This document shows positions 50,071 to 58,224 of a DNA stretch of 64,000 nt, one piece after another. The notes under the pieces are model-generated. The model saw nothing but the letters and a program-made list of their open reading frames with translations. It searched no databases and was not told where the DNA came from. The stretch is from a virus. Each line of letters opens with the position of its first letter. The first letter of the stretch is position 1. The DNA lies in IMG/VR virus record IMGVR_UViG_3300029922_000029, positions 32,001 through 96,000 of that record; one strand, 5' to 3'. The translations under genes and the position numbers were made by a program.

Positions 50071-50944
50071 GGATCTTTTCCTTCAACTGAGGAAGAGTGG
50101 CATCCACAATCCCGCGGTGGGTGCGGAGATGCTCTTCCTCGTCCCATTTCCCGCCTAAGGTATTGATGGTGATGTAGAGTGCGTGGTTGCCATTCACGAT
50201 CTTGGCCGGGATGTCGTAGTTGATTAGGCTTTCTGGTGCCTGCTGCTCGGCGAATTTATAGAGGCCCTGGACCGTCAGGACATGGGCGATCTTTGCGATG
50301 AGGAGCGCGGTCTTGTTCTTGCGCTTCGGATCGCTCACGGCCGAACGTACAAACTCAGCGATCTTCTTGAGGCCCTCGCCGCGGTCGGTGAAAGGCATCT
50401 CAATCAGCATCTGACGGGCTTCTTTGATGAACTTGATCTCGAGAGCTTCGATCTGAGAAGTGATCTCGATCTGCTTGTCGCTCAGGCGTTCGGAGGCCGC
50501 GGCTGTCTTTTCAAGACGGTTCGTGAGTTCGTGCTTAAGTAGTCGCTTGTCAGACGCCAGCTTCTGGTGGCCATTCGTGGGCAGAAAGGCGGTCCAGGTG
50601 TCGGAGGCCTGCTTCTTCATGGCCCTTGAGCCTTCGGGGGGCGCCATGTAGTCTTCTGAGGCCTGCTTGCAGAGGACAGGAGCCACGGCCTGGAGTTCAC
50701 CTACGACTTCGTCTGGGTTGACGGGGACGAAAGAGTAAGAGGCTTTCTTATCCAAATCGTAGAGCCCCTTCCAAACAATACCATTAGCCTCTCCAGTGAG
50801 GACAGGTATTTGCACCGGAGCAAGGCGCTCAGATGAGGCAACCTTCTTTAGCTCTGCCTTGAGGGTACTCTTCCCACCCGAGGTTAGAAAAGCCTCAGCA
50901 GCCCGTTTAGACAGAAGCTTCAGGGTCTCTCTCGTCTTATGCAT
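50060..50944 (-). CDS. head-module protein rich in KxA motifs
   Basis: KRA, KVA, KQA twice, KLA, KTA, KEA, KIA, KFA. Confidence 0.7.
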   Translation of the reverse strand: MHKTRETLKLLSKRAAEAFLTSGGKSTLKAELKKVASSERLAPVQIPVLTGEANGIVWKGLYDLDKKASYSFVPVNPDEVVGELQAVAPVLCKQASEDYMAPPEGSRAMKKQASDTWTAFLPTNGHQKLASDKRLLKHELTNRLEKTAAASERLSDKQIEITSQIEALEIKFIKEARQMLIEMPFTDRGEGLKKIAEFVRSAVSDPKRKNKTALLIAKIAHVLTVQGLYKFAEQQAPESLINYDIPAKIVNGNHALYITINTLGGKWDEEEHLRTHRGIVDATLPQLKEKIRGL

Positions 50945-51283
50945 CTAGGTTCCTTCATGGCGGTGACCGCCGCGTCCCGGAGTCGACTTAAGGTTAAGCT
51001 CCCCAGCCATTCTATAAACTTTGTTTGCTTGATATTTACGGATGATCTTGCCAGCTTCATGCCCAGCGACGCCGCCAGAGGCTGCGCCGAGACCTGCGCC
51101 GATCAGCCCCACTTTGGATTTGTTGCCGTGCTTTCCCCTGAGTAAACCAATAGCTGCGCCAGCCCCTGCGCCCCCTATAGCACCCTTATATTTATCGCCG
51201 GCACCCACATGCTCATAAAACTCGGTCGGAGTCATGGTAACGACTGTGACTGCGATCTTCTTTAGGCCCGTGGAAAACAGCAT
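50945..51283 (-). CDS. tagged putative internal virion protein with glycine zipper
   Basis: MLFSTGLKKIA; GAIGGAGAGAAIG and GLIGAGLGAASGGVAG. Confidence 0.7.
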   Translation of the reverse strand: MLFSTGLKKIAVTVVTMTPTEFYEHVGAGDKYKGAIGGAGAGAAIGLLRGKHGNKSKVGLIGAGLGAASGGVAGHEAGKIIRKYQANKVYRMAGELNLKSTPGRGGHRHEGT

Positions 51284-51306
51284 CGGTATTCAGTCCTCAA
51301 GTTCCT

Positions 51307-51335
51307 AGTTTATCCTCTTTAAGAACTTCCAGCAA
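51307..51335 (-). promoter_or_regulatory. sigma70-type promoter heading the morphogenesis operon
   Basis: TTGCTG-N17-TAAACT in the divergent intergenic region. Confidence 0.55.
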
Positions 51336-51352
51336 TCCCGTATGGTAGGGCC

Positions 51353-51793
51353 ATGATCGATCGTGCCCTGCCAAAACCAAAGCCTCCAGTCCAGCCATCC
51401 ATTACCTTGTCCACTGACATGCTTCAGGATGCCCGGATGGAGCCCCTCCGGGTCATCGTAAAGCCCTACCGCGGGATCACAGAGACTCCGCCGGATCTGT
51501 CGACTCCTGGGGTCGACTCATGGGTCTTTATTCAACTTCAGCTGTGCTTCAAGAAACAGGGATATGTTGCTGAGGGGCTTCTCCCAAACGTCATCTGGGG
51601 CTTTGAGCAGATCGGATGTGATCCACGTGCTGTGGCAGCTGGGCTGACTGTACTGCGAAAAAAGGGATACATCTACTACTCAGATGAACTTGGAGGGATA
51701 ATCGAGGAACACAACTTTAACCCGATCATTCCCATCTGGATTAGGTATACACCTAAGTTCATTAGGCTTCTAATCCGGGAGGATCGCAAGTGA
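51353..51793 (+). CDS. hypothetical protein (possible winged helix)
   Basis: PRAVAAGLTVLRKKGYI. Confidence 0.6.
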   Translation: MIDRALPKPKPPVQPSITLSTDMLQDARMEPLRVIVKPYRGITETPPDLSTPGVDSWVFIQLQLCFKKQGYVAEGLLPNVIWGFEQIGCDPRAVAAGLTVLRKKGYIYYSDELGGIIEEHNFNPIIPIWIRYTPKFIRLLIREDRK

Positions 51794-52776
51794 ATATCCT
51801 TCATCTATCAAACAACCCAATTTCGGGCGCACCCGTTAACATTGCTCACTGCCAACGCGTCTACGGCGGCCACACCGCGCTCGTGCTCCTAAACCGCGAC
51901 ACGAGTGCCAACGGAATCAAATACGAGGGTGGAGAACTATGGGCTCAAAAGTCAGCAGAAGAACTGACGGCGTTATTCGAGTCGGCCGATGTGATCCACA
52001 TGCACAACTTCGCCTACGAATTAAAAATCTTTCAGACTCACTCTCATCTCATTCAGAAGATGAAACAAAAAAAGTACGTCATCCAATACCACTCCGATCG
52101 CTACTCAGGCCTCGAGAGTTTCGAACCATCGCTCAAAGATCCCGACTTTGATGGCCGACGCCTGGTGCTGGCGCAGTACCACGCGCGCCAATACCCAGAA
52201 GCTAATTTCTTAGTCGGAAATCCACTTCCACTTTTTAAGCCAGAGTACCAGCTCCTCGATGTTCCCCTCCGCTGGGAGTCCCCACCCGTCGTGAACTTCG
52301 CACCCTCCAACATCCACATCACCCGCGGCTGGGATTATAAGGGCGCGGACAAGATCGTGCCCGTGCTCGAGGCGATGGGTCGGGCCGGCCAGATCACACC
52401 CGAGATCCTGACCAACATGCCAAAAGAGGAATGCATTGCCCGCAAGCGATGGTCAGTGTTTGGAATCGAGGAGCTCGTGACGGGCTCCTACCACCTGAGC
52501 TTCCTCGAGTATCTGGCGCTGGGATGCGTAACCTTTGGGTACCTTGACGATAAAACACGCCAGGCTCTTTATGACCTGATTGGCATAGATGCTACTGAAG
52601 AATTACCTTATATCCCAGCACATGTAAGTACTCTTGCTGCAATCCTTCCGCTCTATGTGGGCGATGGGCCAGAAGACTGGCGCGAAACAGGATTGGCCGG
52701 CCGCAAGTGGATCGACGACCACTGGTCCCCCAAGTCCCACGTCGATCGCTTCGACAAAATCTACGCATCAGTCTAG
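51790..52776 (+). CDS. GT-B fold glycosyltransferase-like protein
   Basis: MNILHL, ADVIHMHN, FAPS....KG...I, LEYLALG, GRKWI...WS. Confidence 0.75.
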   Translation: MNILHLSNNPISGAPVNIAHCQRVYGGHTALVLLNRDTSANGIKYEGGELWAQKSAEELTALFESADVIHMHNFAYELKIFQTHSHLIQKMKQKKYVIQYHSDRYSGLESFEPSLKDPDFDGRRLVLAQYHARQYPEANFLVGNPLPLFKPEYQLLDVPLRWESPPVVNFAPSNIHITRGWDYKGADKIVPVLEAMGRAGQITPEILTNMPKEECIARKRWSVFGIEELVTGSYHLSFLEYLALGCVTFGYLDDKTRQALYDLIGIDATEELPYIPAHVSTLAAILPLYVGDGPEDWRETGLAGRKWIDDHWSPKSHVDRFDKIYASV

Positions 52777-52780
52777 ACAA

Positions 52781-52808
52781 GCAAATTCCTCGGAGATTCT
52801 GGCATAAG
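52781..52808 (+). promoter_or_regulatory. bipartite phage promoter-like motif copy 6 (GCAA-N16-GGCATAAG)
   Basis: Intergenic; GAGGAG RBS and ATG52830. Confidence 0.75.
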
Positions 52809-52829
52809 TTCTCTGAGGAGAATTTTTGT

Positions 52830-54542
52830 ATGCTCGAAGACGGTATTGTTCAATCCATTTCTGAAGCGGAGAACTTTGTAAAAGAGTTCAGGACTCGAAA
52901 ATCTCAATCGTTGATTATCGCTCCCCTTCTTATTTTCCCTGAGGGTAGAATCCGCTTGGGCTTGGCTATGGAAGGTAGCGTTCTATCGAGGATCTTCCCA
53001 GTTGATCGCGAGATCTTTTCCCCTCTGGCCGAGATCTTCGAAGACAAGGAAATCCAAAAGGTCGGCGTGCACCTCGTAGATATCTACTGTGCTATTAGAC
53101 ATTCGTTGGGCGTGGCGATGGCCGGCATGTTTGATCTAGAGATTGCTGACCGCCTTCTGTTGGCTGGCCTTGAGCTTGACCACTCGCATGAAGGGTTGCT
53201 GAAGCGGAGGCTCAACAAGGGCCTACCGGAAGACGCACAGGGTTGGTTTCATACGACCATCGAACTTCTCGATCAAGTCAGAACTGAGATTAAGTCCAAA
53301 GAACTCGAGAAGGTTTGGCAGATCGAGCGCAACGCCCAGCCCGCATTCTGTGAGATGCACTACCAAGGCATGAAGCTGAGCCGCCCCAAGTGGATCAAGC
53401 TCATGCAGAAAAACCAGGCAGAGATGCAGAAAGCTCAAGCCGAGCTGCTCGATTTCCTGGGTCCGATTTGCCAGCGGAGCGAAGAGGGCCGGCCGCTGAT
53501 CAATCTCGATTCTCCCCAGCAAGTCTTGGGAGCCTTACGGGAAATGCAGATGAGGACACCTGACGGCAAACTGATTGAGGCCACCGACAAGTCGACTCTT
53601 CTCACGATCTCCCATCTACCTCCGATTCAGTCGTTGCTCCGCTATCGTGCTGCCGAATTCGGGTTCACGCGATTCGGGCACAACTACTTAGATGCCTGCG
53701 ACAAGGATGACCGCATTCACTTCAACGTGAATCAGAACGGAACGGCATCAGGTAGGCCCACGACATTCAATAAGCTCAACTGCCTCAACACGCCCAAGAA
53801 AGGGGGGTATCGTGAGGCGTTCGTGGCCGGTGAAGGGAAGAAACTCACGAAGGCCGACTACAACGCGATCGAGCTCAGGATTCTGGCGCAAGGTAGTCAG
53901 GATCCCGCCATGCTGGAGGTCTTCAACAGCGGTAAGGATTACCATCAAAGCTTCGCATCCGATATGTTCGGCCGACCTGTGGAACGGCACGATCCGCTCC
54001 GTGATGGGGTGAAGAAGGTCGCTTACGGTATCCCTTATGGGCAGAGCGTCAGAGGAGTTCATCTCGAGCTCTGCGAGCAAGGCTATGCAGGCACTCTACA
54101 AGACACGCAGGAACTCTACACGAAGTACGCGGTGAAAGTTCCTCGGATGATTGCGTTTCTGAATGCCGTGGGCTCACTTGCTATCAGGGATCGTTATCTC
54201 CGAAACAACAACGGCAGGCTCCGATATTGGGCTGGGCCGGTAGAAGGTCAGAGACAGGAGTACTGGGAGAACGCGGTTCGTCGAAGTGCGGCCAGCTTCC
54301 CAGGGCAATCGACCAATGCTGATTTCATGAAGGTGGCGATCGCAAGGATCTGGCAGGAGATCCTGGATCGTAAATGGTTGGGCCGTGTCTGGATGAGTAA
54401 TATGAGGTTTGATGATCTGTTGCTGGAGGCGGATGACTGTTTGGCTGATGAAGCGTATTCATTGCAATGTAAACACATGACGGAAGCCGCTCAGGAGATG
54501 CTGCCGTCGGTTCCTATCGTTTTGATTGGAGGGATTTTATGA
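52830..54542 (+). CDS. family A DNA polymerase-like protein, divergent
   Basis: NLDSPQQV, GTASGR, motif A ADYNAIELRILA, motif B RDGVKKVAYGIPYG, PGQSTNADFMK, motif C RFDDL. Confidence 0.88.
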   Translation: MLEDGIVQSISEAENFVKEFRTRKSQSLIIAPLLIFPEGRIRLGLAMEGSVLSRIFPVDREIFSPLAEIFEDKEIQKVGVHLVDIYCAIRHSLGVAMAGMFDLEIADRLLLAGLELDHSHEGLLKRRLNKGLPEDAQGWFHTTIELLDQVRTEIKSKELEKVWQIERNAQPAFCEMHYQGMKLSRPKWIKLMQKNQAEMQKAQAELLDFLGPICQRSEEGRPLINLDSPQQVLGALREMQMRTPDGKLIEATDKSTLLTISHLPPIQSLLRYRAAEFGFTRFGHNYLDACDKDDRIHFNVNQNGTASGRPTTFNKLNCLNTPKKGGYREAFVAGEGKKLTKADYNAIELRILAQGSQDPAMLEVFNSGKDYHQSFASDMFGRPVERHDPLRDGVKKVAYGIPYGQSVRGVHLELCEQGYAGTLQDTQELYTKYAVKVPRMIAFLNAVGSLAIRDRYLRNNNGRLRYWAGPVEGQRQEYWENAVRRSAASFPGQSTNADFMKVAIARIWQEILDRKWLGRVWMSNMRFDDLLLEADDCLADEAYSLQCKHMTEAAQEMLPSVPIVLIGGIL

Positions 54543-54759
54543 GGGTTGTTGGAGCACACTCTCAAGTTTATGAGTATGATGGTGCTTTTAAGTGCCTGGC
54601 ATGCCAGCAAAGTTGGGGCGCTCTTCCAGGCAATCCAAAGATACCTGAAATCTGTAAACTTTCAGAGAGATCTAAGAGAATACTAGCTATTCAAGTGGAG
54701 ATCAGCAACCTAGAGAGCGAACTTTCATATCTATACCAAATACAACAAAGGACCACGTA

Positions 54760-55191
54760 ATGACCGACACCACACCCCGTTTTCTACCGCCTCAGGATGC
54801 CTCTGAGGTCGTCATCGCCACCCTGGACTCCGGCCAAAAGTTCATCGGCTGGGTCAGCGAGTCCAGAGAGGATATTGAGATCCAGGCACTCAACGATCCG
54901 CTCGAGATCGTCGTGCGGGCTTTTCCGAGGTCCCCCAATCCTCAAGAACCCAGAGCAGTGGGCCTTGAGGTCTTCTCACCTGACTTCGAGATTCCGGGAT
55001 CCGCCGCCCTCACCACCGTCGTCAAGTTTGAGTACTACCCACAAGGCACTAAGATCTTCGGACTCTACTTTCAGTGCCGGGATCAGATCGGGAGTGAGGC
55101 CATCAAGATCGCGGTGAAGAAGGCTTACAAGGAAGTCCCACGTCAATTGAATCAAGCACCAGCCGTAACCGCCAGCGGACAAGTTAGATAA
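54760..55191 (+). CDS. hypothetical protein (possible Sm-like fold)
   Basis: VVIATLDSGQKFIG...L.DP. Confidence 0.55.
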   Translation: MTDTTPRFLPPQDASEVVIATLDSGQKFIGWVSESREDIEIQALNDPLEIVVRAFPRSPNPQEPRAVGLEVFSPDFEIPGSAALTTVVKFEYYPQGTKIFGLYFQCRDQIGSEAIKIAVKKAYKEVPRQLNQAPAVTASGQVR

Positions 55192-55477
55192 GGAGAAACT
55201 ATGAGAATCGATAAGGATGTCACTTGTGCTAAGCCAGTCAACACGTCGCCAGAAGAGCTCCGCATGCTCGCAGATAAGCTCGAAGCCGCTCATAAGAATT
55301 GTCTGCCCGGCCAGAAGATCAGCTTTCTAGCCGAAGGGGATCTCATGTTCGTCTACAGTCCTTTAGTCAAGTCCTCCGCTGCCACGGGACTTCTGAAGTC
55401 CTATAAGGCATTTGAAGGTTCAAGCGAAGAACGTCAAGAGGAGCCAGTTCTTCAGAACTAGCTCCATCGCGCAAGAG

Positions 55478-55518
55478 AAAACACCGGTCTGCCTGGGGAG
55501 GCGGGGCCGGTGTTTTTT
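55478..55518 (+). terminator. intrinsic terminator
   Basis: AAAACACCGG...CCGGTGTTTTTT. Confidence 0.75.
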
Positions 55519-55570
55519 AGCTTAGATCTCCCAGTGTTTTTTAGCTCCGACCCATGGTACACTTGACCCC

Positions 55571-55789
55571 ATGAGCTTCTCCCTAGGACTCCATAAGGTC
55601 TCGGCAGCCAAGATGGGTCTCCGCGGCGTCATTGCCGCCACCGAAAAAGCACCGGCCAAGGCAATGTCGGGGATCGCGCAGAACAGCCTCAAGGCCATGC
55701 CCAAGCGCCCCAACATCATGGACATCAAAGACCTGCCTGCGGCCGCACCCAAGAAGAAGGGCTTTCTGGGTGGGATGTTTGGGTTCTAA
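55571..55789 (+). CDS. stand-alone tagged small basic protein
   Basis: MSFSLGLHKVS; preceded by the extended -10 TGGTACACT-N7-ATG. Confidence 0.7.
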   Translation: MSFSLGLHKVSAAKMGLRGVIAATEKAPAKAMSGIAQNSLKAMPKRPNIMDIKDLPAAAPKKKGFLGGMFGF

Positions 55790-55959
55790 TCTTAGCCATA
55801 CTGGGCACTAATCTCAGCTATACCGGGCTCTAACCCTGCCCTGATGGACGCGCTCGGGTTCCAGCAATGAGCTCGGCGGAATACCCGGGTTCTGATTAAA
55901 GCCAATTCAGGCACTTAAACACCCCCTTTTTACCCCTAAAACCAACCCCCTAAATACAG

Positions 55960-55987
55960 GCAAAAACAGCCCTTTTTCGGGTATAGG
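55960..55987 (+). promoter_or_regulatory. bipartite phage promoter-like motif copy 7 (GCAA-N16-GGTATAGG)
   Basis: Heads the small-gene array. Confidence 0.7.
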
Positions 55988-56201
55988 TAATATGGAGACA
56001 AATTAGGTCTTCAATTTACCAGTCTAGAATTGCCTAGGAGCATGGTGCTCTAACGGCATGCCAGCCATCTGTATCAATCTCCAGTTGACCCGGATTGTCT
56101 GGTTTTAATTGTGTGCCGGCATGGTGTCGGGACACGGTGGGGTGTGGAGTTTTTAGTTGATATGGCCACGCCCCACCTGATTTCAGAAAGGAGTCTGTGT
56201 T

Positions 56202-56645
56202 ATGTCCAATTTTCAAAAACCAAAGAACTTGTTTGAATCAATGATTGTCGGAATTGATCGCTCGAATACTGCTAAGCATTTACTCTCAAATGTGAATCGT
56301 CTGGAGATTACAGAAGAGGCATTCCCTCACGTGAGAGATTTCCTGGCTCAAAAGTTCACGCCTGATCTGATGGATAAAAAAGAGGTCATCGAACTATGGA
56401 ACCGAATCACGGGAGAAGGAAAAGTCTATCTCCATGATGAAGTCAATGAACGCAGGTTAAAAACAGCCCTGTCTCAAATATCTGTCTTACTGAATGAGGC
56501 GTGGGTCCTTGCTGCTGAACACGGAGCTATGGAAAGAAACATAGTGAGAAGCCGGGCGGAAGCCATCTTCAGGGGGATTCTCCCAGGTGATGAAGTGGCT
56601 CTATCTGTTCTGCTTGCCGAACTTAACTTAGGAGAAAAGGAATGA
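56202..56645 (+). CDS. hypothetical protein
   Basis: AAAGGAG RBS. Confidence 0.75.
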   Translation: MSNFQKPKNLFESMIVGIDRSNTAKHLLSNVNRLEITEEAFPHVRDFLAQKFTPDLMDKKEVIELWNRITGEGKVYLHDEVNERRLKTALSQISVLLNEAWVLAAEHGAMERNIVRSRAEAIFRGILPGDEVALSVLLAELNLGEKE

Positions 56646-56854
56646 AGGCCTTCTTTGATGCGGCTCTGTCTTTGTTCGTGCTTGCTCTGCTCTGCTTTGG
56701 GTCCGGCTGTGCAACTCTGGCTGCTGGACCCCGCCTACAATCTCGAGTGGTGATTGGCTTCGCTGAAGTCATTGACCAGTCAACGTCCTGTGTCTTAGGA
56801 ATCACGGAGCTGACTCACGGGAAGTATATCCGCGGGAACAGCTGTCACAAATGA
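56642..56854 (+). CDS. small lipoprotein (putative)
   Basis: Hydrophobic N-terminus ending GSGC. Confidence 0.55.
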   Translation: MKAFFDAALSLFVLALLCFGSGCATLAAGPRLQSRVVIGFAEVIDQSTSCVLGITELTHGKYIRGNSCHK

Positions 56855-57450
56855 AAGGAGTAGTTATGAAAGCAAGAAATGAAATGTCCGATAAAGAATA
56901 TGTAGTCTGGGTCCTAAAAAAATTAGGAATTAATCAGCCTAGTGAAATCGCTATTATAGACAGCATACGCTGGATGGAGTCTGTCCGTAGTACAGGACTG
57001 GAAGAGAGTCGTGTCAGAATCGCATTTGTAGATTATGTAGATGCTTCATTAGAAGAAGTTATCAAGTTGCACAAGCTATAGTACTTGTACCCGTGGGAAC
57101 AGTTGTCACAAATAAACAAAGGAGTAGTTATGAAAAAAGAAACAGTAAAAGGCTGGGATAAAATAGAAGCACCAAAGCCGTCCACTAACTTCTGTATGCC
57201 AGACCCACGCGAAGAGATGGTGGAGAGAGTCGATTCTATTGAAAAGGAACTCAGCATCCTGCTGGGTGCTCTGCGCGCTGAAATAACCCGACCTGTCGAT
57301 CTCAACTCAAATGAGGAATACAAGGCGCATCTTTCGTCAGACCTTAGAATCCAATTGATTGTGTTAACCGATATTATCGACGAGGTCTTTCCTAGGAAGT
57401 CCTGACCTGTCCCAAACAATAAACAAAGGAGTTGTTATGAAAAAAGAAAC
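56831..57450 (+). repeat. direct repeats of gene-start cassette (3 copies)
   Basis: (GGGAACAGY)TGTCMCAAA..AAAGGAGTWGTTATGAAA at about 56834, 57095 and 57408; genes 56866..57081, 57130..57405, 57437..57640. Confidence 0.8.
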
Positions 57451-57718
57451 CGCAATTGATCGCGCCAAGCAAAGGCTAGCTCCAGGAAATATGACCATGT
57501 TCACTTCGAACGGATCCATCTATGGAGACCAAGAAGCTGAAGCATTGATCGAAGCAGCGCTAGGTCTTGGGATTAAGGTCCAAATCTCTGGAACAGTCGA
57601 GCGTCCCGTACTTGAGTTTGTCTACCCTAAGAAGTCCTAACCCGTCTCGCCCCCGAGAGTACTGAGAAATAATTCTCAGCCCCTCACCCCAAACCCCCCA
57701 ATCAAGGAGGTAAGTACC

Positions 57719-58051
57719 ATGAGTGGAAACTCACGTGCTGTCCAGTCTTACGAAGAAAGAATCCGGTTCACCGTCGCGGTGTCACTCAGAGCCCTTCTGA
57801 TGTGGCGCTACGCCTATGACCCGGAATACACGGTCACCTACGATGCCTTGCGTGAAACGCTCGGGATCGATAGGCAGCGACTCGACGATGTCCTGAGTAT
57901 GGTCATGGAGATGGATGTGGGGATGAAGACATTCCTGCACGGTTCCATGGTCGTGAATGCGGAGACAGGTAAGCCCGGAAAGGGCCACTGGATCCGTCTT
58001 CAGGAGATCTCAGAACGAGTCGCTCAAGCTCTCGCGCAGGAGGCCTCATGA
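57719..58051 (+). CDS. possible HTH protein
   Basis: VTYDALRETLGIDRQRLDDVL; AAGGAGG RBS. Confidence 0.55.
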   Translation: MSGNSRAVQSYEERIRFTVAVSLRALLMWRYAYDPEYTVTYDALRETLGIDRQRLDDVLSMVMEMDVGMKTFLHGSMVVNAETGKPGKGHWIRLQEISERVAQALAQEAS

Positions 58052-58224
58052 TGGAGGTCATTGTAGTCGGCTTGATGGTTGTGTTGGCGCTCGCTATCAG
58101 AAGGTCTAGACGCAGTCGGGATCAGCTCGACGTGCACCAGGCTTTTGACCGGCACTCCAAGGGCTACTAGCCTCTGGGATGCCGTTTAATCAGCTCAATC
58201 AAACAATAAACCAAGGAGTACGTT

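Noticed and set aside
52830-54542. DpoZ / Z-genome polymerase
   Set aside because: No purZ, mazZ or datZ homologue is visible in the window, so this cannot be supported.
56831-57450. Repeats as a CRISPR array
   Set aside because: The intervening sequences are 250-300 nt protein-coding genes, and the repeats contain the RBS and start codon.
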